The notes: generated by a model not told the origin, from the letters alone. A stretch of 38,987 nt of DNA from an uncultured Bacillales bacterium (GCA_946408655.1 CAMJTE010000003.1:1-38987); one strand, 5' to 3'. Counted from the first letter of the stretch, positions 8,992-18,858 are shown. Made by a program: numbers and translations.

Positions 8992-10449
8992 TTATCTTTT
9001 ATCTATTTCTTCTTTAATTATTTTTGCAGTTAAACTAGGATTTGCTTGACCACGAGTAGCTTTCATAACTTGACCTACAAAGAAATCAAATACATTTCTA
9101 CCTTTACGATATTCTTCAATTAAATCTAAATGAGCATCTAGTATTTCAATTACTAATGGTCTTATTGTATCTTCATCCCCTACTTGTTTTAATCCAAGCT
9201 CATCTACTATTACTTGAGGTTCCTTTTCATCTGATAAACATTTATATAAAACATCTTTACTTTGTTTAGATGATATTTTACCGGTTTCAACCATATTCAT
9301 AATATCAAATAACATTTTTGGAGTTAAATAAATTTCATTAATACCAATATCATATTTATTTAAATGTCCTAATATTACTGATGTTAACCAGTTAGATGCT
9401 TTTTTAGGATTTCCCCCTAATTTAATTACTTCTTCATAGTAATCAGATACTTTTTTATCCTTAACTATAATTGTTGCATCATAATCAGAAAGCCCATATT
9501 TTTCAATATATTTTTCTTTTCTCTCACTTGCAAGTTCAGGAATATCTTTTCTAATTTCTTCTAACCATTCCTTAGAAATTTTATACTTAGGAATATTTGG
9601 TTCAACAAAATATTTATAGTCAATAGCATCAACTTTACTACGCATGTAAATAGTAGAAAGACTATCTTCATCCCAACGTCTAGTTTGTTGTTCCATCTTA
9701 TCGTATTCACCATTCTCTTTTAGTTCAGTTTGTCTATCTATTTCATAATTAATAGCATCTCTAACGCCACCAAAAGAGTTAACATTTTTAATCTCAATTT
9801 TAGTACCCCAGTTATTCATATCAGACTCATCTAAACTATCATCCATAATAGATACGTTTACATCACATCTAATTTGACCTTTTCTAGAATCTGCTTCTGA
9901 AATACCAGCATATTGATAAATACTTCTCATGGTTTCCAAGAAAGATACTGCTTCATCAGCTGAATGGAAACATGGTTCAGTAACTAATTCAAGAAGAGGT
10001 ACTCCGGCACGGTTATAATCTATTGTTGAATATGATGAATAATGATCAGTAGATGCAGCATCTTCTTCTAAGTGAAGATTGTTTATAACAGCTATTTTCT
10101 TCTCACCTTTACATTCATATTCTAAGGAACCATAAATACCAACTGGAGCTGGTTTAGTTTCTTGTGTAATTTGATAACCCTTAGGTAAATCAGGATAATA
10201 ATAGTTCTTTCTTTCAAAATACATATATTCTGGCTGTTTACAATTTAAAATCATTGACGCTTTTAAAGCCATTTTAACTGCTTCCTTATTTACAACTGGA
10301 AGTGTACCTGGAAAAGCCATATCTACTGGTCTAATATTTGAGTTTGGAATATCTTTATAAGAGTTTTCAGCGCTAGAAAATACTTTTGTATTAGTTTCAC
10401 TTATTTCACAGTGCATCTCTAAACCAATTAAAGCTTTATATTTACTCAT
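8992..10449 (-). CDS. gatB: Asp/Glu-tRNA amidotransferase subunit B
   Basis: IGLEMHCE, RKNYYYPDLPKGYQITQ, HLEEDA, RCDVNVS, FFVGQVMKATRG; ATG 10449 after GGAGG. Confidence 0.97.
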   Translation of the reverse strand: MSKYKALIGLEMHCEISETNTKVFSSAENSYKDIPNSNIRPVDMAFPGTLPVVNKEAVKMALKASMILNCKQPEYMYFERKNYYYPDLPKGYQITQETKPAPVGIYGSLEYECKGEKKIAVINNLHLEEDAASTDHYSSYSTIDYNRAGVPLLELVTEPCFHSADEAVSFLETMRSIYQYAGISEADSRKGQIRCDVNVSIMDDSLDESDMNNWGTKIEIKNVNSFGGVRDAINYEIDRQTELKENGEYDKMEQQTRRWDEDSLSTIYMRSKVDAIDYKYFVEPNIPKYKISKEWLEEIRKDIPELASERKEKYIEKYGLSDYDATIIVKDKKVSDYYEEVIKLGGNPKKASNWLTSVILGHLNKYDIGINEIYLTPKMLFDIMNMVETGKISSKQSKDVLYKCLSDEKEPQVIVDELGLKQVGDEDTIRPLVIEILDAHLDLIEEYRKGRNVFDFFVGQVMKATRGQANPSLTAKIIKEEIDKR

Positions 10450-11905
10450 AGCGTGCCTCCTTTGCAATTTGTCCTTTATAAGGCATAGTAGATTCTATTG
10501 CATAAGCAATATTTAATACGTTTGCATCATCATAACAATTACCAGTAATATTTAAACCAACTGGAAGATTATCTATAAATCCATCTGGAATAGTAATTGA
10601 AGGAAATCCTCCAAAGTTTCCAATTTGTAAATGTTCTTCTAATGCCTTAGTATTTTCATCAAGTATATCTTTTGAACCATCTAACTTTTTAGCTGGACCA
10701 GAACCTACTGGAAGTATTACTGCATCATAATCTTTAAATAATTCTTTCCATCTATCAACTAGTAGTCTTCTAACTCTTTGTGCATTATGGAAATATCTAT
10801 CTTTATTTTGCGCTTGTAATACATAAGAACCTATTACAAATCTTCTTTTAATAAGTGGTGAGAATCCTTTAGTACGATGATCCTTCATCATTTCAATATA
10901 ATTCTTTCCTTCTCCTCTAGGTCCAAAGATAAATCCAGTAAGGTTAGACATATTACTAGTTGCCTCCGCACATGATATAACTACATAAACTGATGCAAGT
11001 GCATCAAGTAACTTCTTATCTACACTAACCTCTTCTACTTCAATACCAATGCTTTTACATTTTTCAAGTACATCCATAAAATTAGATAAATGTGCTTTTA
11101 GTTCATCACTAGCATTAGGATACTCATTTATATCACATAACTCTTTTATATAACAAATTTTTTTACCTTTAACTTCTCCGGTAATAGATTTATATAGATT
11201 AATGTTACTAGAATCCCAACTAGTCATATCATTTTTATCTATACCTTTCATACCATCTACTACGATTGCAGCATCCTTAACAGACCTTGTTAAACAACCA
11301 CAGTGATCTAAACTTGATGCAAATGGAAATAATCCATAACGAGAAATCATACCATATGTAGGTTTATATCCAACAATTCCACAGTATGCAGCTGGTTTAC
11401 GAATTGAATCTCCGGTATCAGAACCTGTTGCATATGGATATACTCCTGCAGCAACTGACGCAGCGGAACCAGCAGATGATCCAGCACACATTCTAGATTT
11501 ATCCCATGGATTTAAAACAGTACCAGTATGACACGTAGTACCAGTACCACCCATACCAAATTCATCCATCGCACACTTTGTAACTCCAACTGCCCCCTTA
11601 GATTCTAGATTACTAATTGCAGTAGCAGTAAAAAATGGTACATAGTCTTTTAATGTATTAGATGAACCTGTAGATAGTATTCCTTTAGTTGAATAATTAT
11701 CTTTTATTCCATAAGGAATTCCTGATAATAACTCATCAGTTACCTTAGTTCCTTTTACATCATCCATAATTGTTACAAAACTATTACATTCATCTTGATT
11801 TTTATGAGCTTTATCTAATGATTCTTTAACAAGAGCTTCACTAGTAACATCACCACTAATTAACACTTCATGTATTTCTTCAATACTTTTACTCATGTAT
11901 TCCAT
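10442..11905 (-). CDS. gatA: Asp/Glu-tRNA amidotransferase subunit A
   Basis: Amidase signature GIKDN, GSSAGSAA, GSDTGDSIRKPA. Confidence 0.97.
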   Translation of the reverse strand: MEYMSKSIEEIHEVLISGDVTSEALVKESLDKAHKNQDECNSFVTIMDDVKGTKVTDELLSGIPYGIKDNYSTKGILSTGSSNTLKDYVPFFTATAISNLESKGAVGVTKCAMDEFGMGGTGTTCHTGTVLNPWDKSRMCAGSSAGSAASVAAGVYPYATGSDTGDSIRKPAAYCGIVGYKPTYGMISRYGLFPFASSLDHCGCLTRSVKDAAIVVDGMKGIDKNDMTSWDSSNINLYKSITGEVKGKKICYIKELCDINEYPNASDELKAHLSNFMDVLEKCKSIGIEVEEVSVDKKLLDALASVYVVISCAEATSNMSNLTGFIFGPRGEGKNYIEMMKDHRTKGFSPLIKRRFVIGSYVLQAQNKDRYFHNAQRVRRLLVDRWKELFKDYDAVILPVGSGPAKKLDGSKDILDENTKALEEHLQIGNFGGFPSITIPDGFIDNLPVGLNITGNCYDDANVLNIAYAIESTMPYKGQIAKEARYE

Positions 11906-12201
11906 TATTCCACCACCTTTGGTACTCTAACCTCATCATTAATATAATCATCACAGTTAGCTAGTAAATCGTCAATATCTACTGATTCTTCAACAACATC
12001 TTCTCTTAACTCATACACAAAGCCATCTAATGTATGTGTCATAGGTTCTACTGATTCAATATTATCAATCTCCATTACCTTCGCAATATCTGCATCAATA
12101 ATATTAAATTCATCTAAAACCATCTTGTTCTCTTCATCAGTTAAACCAATTAACAACTTATCTGCATAATCATCAACCATCTCTTTTGTAAACTTCTCCA
12201 T
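11905..12201 (-). CDS. gatC: Asp/Glu-tRNA amidotransferase subunit C
   Basis: 98 aa with LREDVV and VPKVV motifs; TAATG-coupled to gatA. Confidence 0.92.
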   Translation of the reverse strand: MEKFTKEMVDDYADKLLIGLTDEENKMVLDEFNIIDADIAKVMEIDNIESVEPMTHTLDGFVYELREDVVEESVDIDDLLANCDDYINDEVRVPKVVE

Positions 12202-12223
12202 AATATTCCTCCCTTTATAATAT

Positions 12224-12248
12224 AAAAAAACAAGTCCAACGGACTTGT
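12224..12248 (-). terminator. Intrinsic terminator between the tRNA-Asn pair and gatC
   Basis: Minus strand ACAAGTCC-gtt-GGACTTGT-TTTTTT. Confidence 0.85.
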
Positions 12249-12258
12249 AATTATCAAA

Positions 12259-12334
12259 TGGCGCCTAATGTAGGACTCGAACCTACGACCTATCGGTTAA
12301 CAGCCGAGTGCTCTACCAACTGAGCTAATTAGGC
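12259..12334 (-). tRNA. tRNA-Asn(GUU), downstream copy
   Basis: GCCTAAT...CT GTT AA...ATTAGGC GCCA, 76 nt. Confidence 0.97.
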
Positions 12335-12337
12335 ATC

Positions 12338-12413
12338 TGGCGCTTAATGTAGGACTCGAACCTACGACCTATCGGTTAACAGCCGAGTGCTCTACCAACT
12401 GAGCTAATTAAGC
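12338..12413 (-). tRNA. tRNA-Asn(GUU), upstream copy
   Basis: GCTTAAT...CT GTT AA...ATTAAGC GCCA, 76 nt. Confidence 0.97.
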
Positions 12414-12420
12414 ATTTCCT

Positions 12421-12622
12421 GTCCGCTATTTTGGGACGATAATACCATCTATTTATCGCGGTGCCACCCAAATTGCCATATAATGACCTCTCATTAGTTA
12501 TAACGGGCTTCCCCGACTCACGTACCAAATGGTTGTTATTCATAATATGCTTAATTGTTAGCTTCCACCATACCTAACTCGCTTTAATCAGTTTATATTA
12601 CTACTTCTCCATTTATAGTTTT
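12421..12622 (-). promoter_or_regulatory. T-box riboswitch, probable Asn (AAC) specifier
   Basis: Stem I with AGAAGUA / GAA-U-AAC-A specifier loop, GCGAG bulge and GGUGGAAG loop; T-box AAUUUGGGUGGCACCGCG with antiterminator closing on UUAUCGUCCCAA. Confidence 0.92.
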
Positions 12623-12649
12623 AATCCCCTAAAAAACAGCTACGAATTA

Positions 12650-12678
12650 ATTATAGAAGAAATGCCACACTTTGTCAA
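12650..12678 (-). promoter_or_regulatory. SigA promoter of the T-box/tRNA-Asn/gatCAB-aspS unit
   Basis: Perfect TTGACA-N17-TATAAT. Confidence 0.85.
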
Positions 12679-12765
12679 TAGTATTTTTCAATTTTTCTAA
12701 AAAAGCACCATAGCTAATATTATATGTAAAAAGAAAAAATCGTACTACTAAAGCATTAATATTTA

Positions 12766-12936
12766 CTATCTAGCCTTAACATACGATAATTTTTCTTCAG
12801 TTAACATAGTTTCTAATTCTTCTTTTAATAATTCATAAGTTGGTATAACTCCTAATGCGCATATTTTCATATATGCTCTACCATAAGCAATCTTACCATA
12901 ATCTAATAATAATTCTACCAATCTTCTATCGTTCAT
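12766..12936 (-). CDS. Small hypothetical protein, about 56 aa
   Basis: AAAGGAG RBS before ATG 12936; upstream TTGCAT-N16-TATAAT with TG extension. Confidence 0.6.
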   Translation of the reverse strand: MNDRRLVELLLDYGKIAYGRAYMKICALGVIPTYELLKEELETMLTEEKLSYVKAR

Positions 12937-13025
12937 ATTATCTCCTTTCACACACGAGATAGTATTATAACAGAATTTAAATAAAATGCAAATCCAATTA
13001 TATAATTAATTACAACTTATAATTT

Positions 13026-13289
13026 TTAAAATATATCGTTATAAAATGTTTTCTTTTTAATCTTTTCATCTTTACTTATTTTTGCTTGATTATACATTTT
13101 AGCAAACTTTTCGTCTCTTTTTGGTCTAGTAGCACCAAATCTATCAATAAATTCTTCTGCTTTTATTGAATATATTTTACTATTTTTAGCAAGATAAAGC
13201 ATTGAACAAATTCTAACATTATTGATTACTTCTTTAATATCTTGATAACTATATTTTCTTGACATGTAAATTATCCCTTCATAGGTCAT
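13026..13289 (-). CDS. Hypothetical protein or gene remnant, 87 aa
   Basis: ORF only; no good RBS. Confidence 0.35.
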   Translation of the reverse strand: MTYEGIIYMSRKYSYQDIKEVINNVRICSMLYLAKNSKIYSIKAEEFIDRFGATRPKRDEKFAKMYNQAKISKDEKIKKKTFYNDIF

Positions 13290-13340
13290 TTATTCTAACA
13301 ACAAAATTAAAATAATGCAACACTATTTCAATAAATCATT

Positions 13341-13457
13341 CTATATCAACTCATATTTTCGTACAGTAATTCTAGGATCACTACAATAACTCATTACAAA
13401 CTCATTGTCTTCTCTTGCAATAATAATGCCAATGGTTTTATCTTGATTAATTGACTT
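13341..13457 (-). pseudogene. C-terminal remnant of a DUF1016/YhcG-type PD-(D/E)XK protein
   Basis: Translates KSINQDKTIGIIIAREDNEFVMSYCSDPRITVRKYELI*, resembling the YhcG C-terminus; no start codon or N-terminal part. Confidence 0.6.
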
Positions 13458-13491
13458 TGCTTGTGACCAAATAATCTTTACAATTATATTA

Positions 13492-14769
13492 TTAATTTTT
13501 TAGTGAAGTTATAGGTAAAACAATTACTCCATCTTCCCTTGTATATACTGCATTAGATAAGCCACATATAACACATAATGATTTTGGAGGTTTTACACCT
13601 TTTTCTATCATGCTATTTTTTATACGAACAAGATTATTTGCAGCTTCTTCTATTTGATTTGCTCCTAATTTAATTTCAAATGCCGCATAATCTCCATCAG
13701 AGAACTCAATAACAGCATCAAATTCATTACCATCGTAGTCTTGATAATGAAAAATGTTCCAATCATTGGCCTCAGCATATATTCTAAGATCACGAATAAC
13801 CATCGCTTCAAAATAAAAGCCAAATGCATTTAAATCATTAACACACATATCAACTGTCATATTTAGAATAGAAGTTGCAATTGATGGATCAACAAAATGC
13901 CTTTTCTCCATTTGTTTTACACGCATTCTGCTTCTTAGATTTGAATTAAATGGCAATTGATTTTCTATTAAAAAAAGTTTATTTAAATCTCCCAAATATT
14001 CTGTTATAGTTTTAACATCAATATCTTCGCTATCCACTTCTTCGATATCTGATTTTAATTTTGCAACTGATACTGTTGTAGATTCATTTCTTGCAAGAGA
14101 TCTCAACAACAGCATAACTTTATGTAGATCTCTTTTTACATCACTAATTCTATCAATATCCATATCAATTATCTCTTGAATATATTCTTTTGGTAATTTT
14201 ATTGCTTCATCAAAAGGTACATTAATACTTCCAGGAAATCCTCCCCTTAAAACTAATTTTATAATATCTTTTAACCCAATCTCACCAGTTAATTTCCCTT
14301 TTACTTTATTATTATAAATATCTTTTAATGATACATCACCAGTAGAGTCACCTGATTCATATAAACTCATTGGATACATTTTTATCTTCTTAATTCTTCC
14401 TGCACCTGAATGTTTGATTTTCTTCTTTTGTTTATCAGATAGAACAGTTGAACCTGTTAATATATATTTTCCTTTAACTCCATCTTCATCACACTTATAT
14501 CTAGTTGCATCCCAAATTTCAGGTACTTCTTGCCATTCATCAATCAACCTTGGTGTTTCACCTTCAAATATCAAAGATACATCAGTTTCAGCAAGACGTC
14601 TATTTTGATAATTACCTTTAGGGTCCATTAGTAAAAATTCACTATTTGTTTGATTTCTTCCAGCCCAAGTTTTACCAATCCATTTCGCTCCAACAATATT
14701 AATTGCCCCATATGCTTTCATACTATTTTCAATTTCTTTATCAATCAATCTTTTTCTATATTTCTCCAT
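13492..14769 (-). CDS. AAA_14 ATPase with DUF4143 C-terminal domain
   Basis: GAKWIGKT, LIDEWQ, YILTGS, HSGAGRI, KRHFVDPS, E.DAV...FEIKLG. Confidence 0.88.
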   Translation of the reverse strand: MEKYRKRLIDKEIENSMKAYGAINIVGAKWIGKTWAGRNQTNSEFLLMDPKGNYQNRRLAETDVSLIFEGETPRLIDEWQEVPEIWDATRYKCDEDGVKGKYILTGSTVLSDKQKKKIKHSGAGRIKKIKMYPMSLYESGDSTGDVSLKDIYNNKVKGKLTGEIGLKDIIKLVLRGGFPGSINVPFDEAIKLPKEYIQEIIDMDIDRISDVKRDLHKVMLLLRSLARNESTTVSVAKLKSDIEEVDSEDIDVKTITEYLGDLNKLFLIENQLPFNSNLRSRMRVKQMEKRHFVDPSIATSILNMTVDMCVNDLNAFGFYFEAMVIRDLRIYAEANDWNIFHYQDYDGNEFDAVIEFSDGDYAAFEIKLGANQIEEAANNLVRIKNSMIEKGVKPPKSLCVICGLSNAVYTREDGVIVLPITSLKN

Positions 14770-15077
14770 ATAAATTCCTCCAAACACATAATTATTATAT
14801 TACGTAGATATAATTTTTTCAATATTTATCGGATTATTTTTTTAAATTTTATTGGATGACTTTTTCTAAATTTAATGGTATATATTTTTTAGTTTTAACA
14901 TTAGCTTACTCATGACAAACTAAATAATCATCATTTTCTTTTCCTAATAATGACAATAATTTTATTCTAATCATTAATTGGAAATAGTATCTATGCGATA
15001 TTCCAGTTTAAATTGGTCCCTAATGTAGACTAATCCTTATAATTACTAAACAAAACTTATCAATGCAAATTGCAAGA

Positions 15078-18000
15078 TTATTTTATCCCCATAATAAACT
15101 TAGTATTTCCAGATACATCATCACTCTTACCACCATAAGATTGATAATTATTACTTAACTTAATTAAATTATTAATAGTATCAACCTTACCAGTTAGATT
15201 AACATTAATAAATGTTGTTAGTCTCTTTATTCCAGTTTCATTAAATGTATTAAGTCCACTAGAAAGCCCGTTTGTTCCATTTTTAAGAGCATCAATACCA
15301 CTAACTAATTCAATTGAGCCTTTATTTAACTTATCTAATCCTAAAGATAATGTTTCTAAATTAATGCTTAATAAATTTAGGGAATCAATAGTCTTTTTAG
15401 TTGCTTCTGTCTTAACCTTATTGGCAACATTACTTGCAACCATACCTGATACTTCACCAGCTACTTTACTAGATATAGCTTGAGCAGTATTTTTTGCAAC
15501 CCCGTATGCAGTTTCTTCTAATGCAGTAACAACAGGTTTATATGTATTATAAGCTACACATTTTTCTTTATAAATATCTGGAACATCTACTCCACTAGTA
15601 CATAAAGTTACTAGCTGTTCATGTTCTTCTACTTGTTCAACTACACCTTTCATCTTATTATAATTCTCATTAGTCTTTAATCCAAGAATTGCTTGATTAC
15701 CAATTGCATCTAATTGTTCATCACTTAGTGTCGCACCACTTACCGCTTGTTCTTTTATCATATTAATTGTATCTTCATCTAAAGCATCAGTAGTATCATT
15801 ATTAAGTTTATTAATCGAATCATCAACTGCACTTTTAATCTTATTAGTACCATCTAATGCACTATTAATACCAGTAGATAATTCTTGCGCTCCATTTCTT
15901 AACTTATCTACACCGCTAGATAATTCTTGCGCACCGCTAACTAACATATTAGTCGCACTACCAAGTTTATTAATATCTGCTTGAATATTAGATACACTAC
16001 CTAAATTTATTAAATCATTATTATCTAATAGTTTTGAAGTTGCAACTGCATAAATACTTTCCTTACTAAACTTAGTTGTATCATATTCAACTGTAACTGT
16101 ATCAAGATTAATAGAATCAATTCCTAGCGAACTAGCAAGTCCAGGTGATGATATAGCTACTACCATATTAGTTGTACCATTACTAATAACTTTACCATTA
16201 GTAACTTTGATATTAGTATTATATTTAGAATTTAAATTTAATTCACTTACTACTACAAAAGGAGTATATAATGTTTTACCATTAATAATACTACTTAAAT
16301 TATTTGTATAGTTAATAGTAATTTCTACATGTCCTTTCTTTTCTTTGATATCTTTGGCTTTTACACTCTTACCATCTAACTTATAAGTAATATTAACCCC
16401 AATTGGTAAAGACTCATCACTACTTCCTTGATAATATATATCAGATCCATTAGATTTCCAATTAATACTTTTACCATCTAAACTATATTTTTCAGTACCA
16501 TTTAAGTTTTTAATATCAGTTAAATTAGTAATATCATTAATAGTATCAATCTTATCATCATTTATTAAATGTTCAGTTACTAATATGCTTTTAATTTTAC
16601 CACTACTACTTAATTTAGTATATACAGTTTCATCTTTACTTAGTGCATTTATACTAAATGGATTTATAAGTAATAAACTAATAATAATTAATAATGCTTT
16701 CTTCATTTTCTTTCCTCCAAATCCTAAACTAGTTTTTATAACTAACTTGTCAAATATTAGTAATATAGATGGTAATACACAGATTACTACTATCATACTA
16801 ATAATTGCACCTCTTGATATTAATGTACATAAAGTACCAATCATATCTATCTTAGATACTACACCAACACCAATAGTTGCCGCAAAGAAACACATGCCAC
16901 TTACAAATATTGATGAAACACTACTATCTAAAGCACTTCTTACAGAAACTTTACTGTTAACCCCACTCTTCCGTTCTTCTAAATATTTAGTTGTCATAAG
17001 TATTGCATAATCTATAGTCGCACCAAGTTGTATTGTACCAATAACTACACTTGCAATAAATGGAATTTTACTATTCATTAAGTAAGGAACACCCATGTTT
17101 ACAAAGATTGCAAACTCTATTGCCATAACTAATAATACTGGCAAGCTAATTGATTTAGTTACAATAAGCATTAAGATAAATATAACTATTATTGAGGTAT
17201 AATTTACATTATGAAAATCTATATCAGTAATAGATACTAAATCTTTCATTAAAGGTCCTTCTCCAGCTACTATTGCTTTCTTATCATATTTATCTACTAT
17301 TTTATTTATCTTAGATATTTGCTTATTTAGTTTAGCGGTTGCAATATCGTAACTAGAGTTAACAAGTACTAATTTATAATCTTTACTTTTATATATCTTC
17401 TTAATGTTATCATCTAAGAAGTCTTCACTAATACCAAGACTATTTAATTTACTTGGACTAAGTACTAAATCGACTCCATCTAATGATTCAATCTCATTAA
17501 CCATATTATTAAGTTTATAATTTTCTATATCAGATGATACAAGTATCATAGTTTGTGAAACTATTCCATAATCGTCATGCAGTATCTTTGATGCTTTCTT
17601 ATATCCATAACTATCTGGTATCGACTCATCTAGTTTGTAATAAACATTAGTTTTAGTTTGAAAAATGTAAAAAGGAACAAATAATACTACAAATATTATA
17701 AATATAATTGCATAATGCTTCATAACAAAGTTTTTAACTAAATTAAATTTAGGTGTAATTACTTTATGTGTAGTTTTCTCTACATATTTATCAAAGACAA
17801 GTAACAAAGCAGGAAATAAAGTTACTACACATATTAATCCGAATAACACTCCCTTAGCCATTACTAAACCAATATCATAACCTAGAGTAAGTTTCATTGT
17901 ACAAAGAGCAAGAAATCCCGCAATTGTTGTTAATGAACTACCAAATACCGATGTTAGTGTATCAATAACGGCATTACTCATCGCCTTATTTTTATCACTA

Positions 18001-18770
18001 TATTTTTTCTTTGCTGCTTCATACTTATGATATAAGAATATAGAAAAATCTGTTGTTACTCCAAGTTGTAATACCGAAGCTATGGCTTTAGTAATATAAC
18101 TAATATCTCCTAAAAATATATTAGTACCCATGTTAAATAGTATCGCAACACCTATATTGGCAATAAGTATAAATGGTACTAAATATGAATCTAGGAATAC
18201 CATTAATACTATAATGCACAGTACAACTGCAACTAAAACATATAAAGCCATCTCACTATTAAATAATTCTTGCGTATCAAGTACCATCGCACTCATACCA
18301 CCAACTTCTACTTTATCTTTAGTAATCTTTCTAATCTCGCTTACTGCTTTTAAAGTAGTATCATCACTAGTGGAATCTTTAAATGTAATAAGCATTAAAC
18401 TAGAATCTTTATGAGCTACTTTACTAACTATATCACTAGGTAAAAAATCTAGCGGAATAGTAGTACCAGCTATATCACTAACACTTACTACCTTATCTAC
18501 TCCTTTAACTTTCTTAATACTACTTTCTAATTTTAATAAATCTTTTGCCGACATATTATCTACCACAGTAACAGAAAAAGCTCCCATATTAAAATCATCA
18601 GTTAATATGTGCTGTCCTTTTAAAGTCTCAATATCATCAGGTAGATATACAAGTATATCATAGTTAACTTTAGTCTTATACATTCCAATTGCAGCTGGAA
18701 TTAATAATACTAGCGTAAGTATAACTATAAATACTTTATTCCTACATATAATATCTGCAAATTTCTTCAC
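15078..18770 (-). CDS. MMPL/RND family transporter fused in frame to a secreted heptad-repeat (YhgE/Pip-like) protein
   Basis: Two MMPL halves (LQLGVTTDFSIFL, IQLGATIDYAIL), then signal peptide + KDETVY and L..G heptads; likely GTG start at 18770. Confidence 0.85.
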   Translation of the reverse strand: MKKFADIICRNKVFIVILTLVLLIPAAIGMYKTKVNYDILVYLPDDIETLKGQHILTDDFNMGAFSVTVVDNMSAKDLLKLESSIKKVKGVDKVVSVSDIAGTTIPLDFLPSDIVSKVAHKDSSLMLITFKDSTSDDTTLKAVSEIRKITKDKVEVGGMSAMVLDTQELFNSEMALYVLVAVVLCIIVLMVFLDSYLVPFILIANIGVAILFNMGTNIFLGDISYITKAIASVLQLGVTTDFSIFLYHKYEAAKKKYSDKNKAMSNAVIDTLTSVFGSSLTTIAGFLALCTMKLTLGYDIGLVMAKGVLFGLICVVTLFPALLLVFDKYVEKTTHKVITPKFNLVKNFVMKHYAIIFIIFVVLFVPFYIFQTKTNVYYKLDESIPDSYGYKKASKILHDDYGIVSQTMILVSSDIENYKLNNMVNEIESLDGVDLVLSPSKLNSLGISEDFLDDNIKKIYKSKDYKLVLVNSSYDIATAKLNKQISKINKIVDKYDKKAIVAGEGPLMKDLVSITDIDFHNVNYTSIIVIFILMLIVTKSISLPVLLVMAIEFAIFVNMGVPYLMNSKIPFIASVVIGTIQLGATIDYAILMTTKYLEERKSGVNSKVSVRSALDSSVSSIFVSGMCFFAATIGVGVVSKIDMIGTLCTLISRGAIISMIVVICVLPSILLIFDKLVIKTSLGFGGKKMKKALLIIISLLLINPFSINALSKDETVYTKLSSSGKIKSILVTEHLINDDKIDTINDITNLTDIKNLNGTEKYSLDGKSINWKSNGSDIYYQGSSDESLPIGVNITYKLDGKSVKAKDIKEKKGHVEITINYTNNLSSIINGKTLYTPFVVVSELNLNSKYNTNIKVTNGKVISNGTTNMVVAISSPGLASSLGIDSINLDTVTVEYDTTKFSKESIYAVATSKLLDNNDLINLGSVSNIQADINKLGSATNMLVSGAQELSSGVDKLRNGAQELSTGINSALDGTNKIKSAVDDSINKLNNDTTDALDEDTINMIKEQAVSGATLSDEQLDAIGNQAILGLKTNENYNKMKGVVEQVEEHEQLVTLCTSGVDVPDIYKEKCVAYNTYKPVVTALEETAYGVAKNTAQAISSKVAGEVSGMVASNVANKVKTEATKKTIDSLNLLSINLETLSLGLDKLNKGSIELVSGIDALKNGTNGLSSGLNTFNETGIKRLTTFINVNLTGKVDTINNLIKLSNNYQSYGGKSDDVSGNTKFIMGIK

Positions 18771-18789
18771 TTTATCACCTCTGGAAACA

Positions 18790-18818
18790 ATATTATCACA
18801 AAACTGACCGTTAGTCAA
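18790..18818 (-). promoter_or_regulatory. Promoter with overlapping TGAC-N5-GTCA palindrome (TetR-like operator candidate) before the MMPL gene
   Basis: TTGACT-N17-TAATAT with TG; palindrome overlaps the -35. Confidence 0.45.
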
Positions 18819-18858
18819 TAATATTATATTCAAACATAGAAAAAATAGTGACAAAACA

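Noticed and set aside
12259-12413. 79-nt-period direct repeat as a CRISPR array or att-site duplication
   Set aside because: Two complete tRNA-Asn genes 3 nt apart; no spacers, cas genes or integrase
12535-12543. T-box specifier read as CAA (Gln) or ACA (Thr)
   Set aside because: The GAA-N-codon-A register and the adjacent tRNA-Asn genes favour AAC, although dual reading is not excluded
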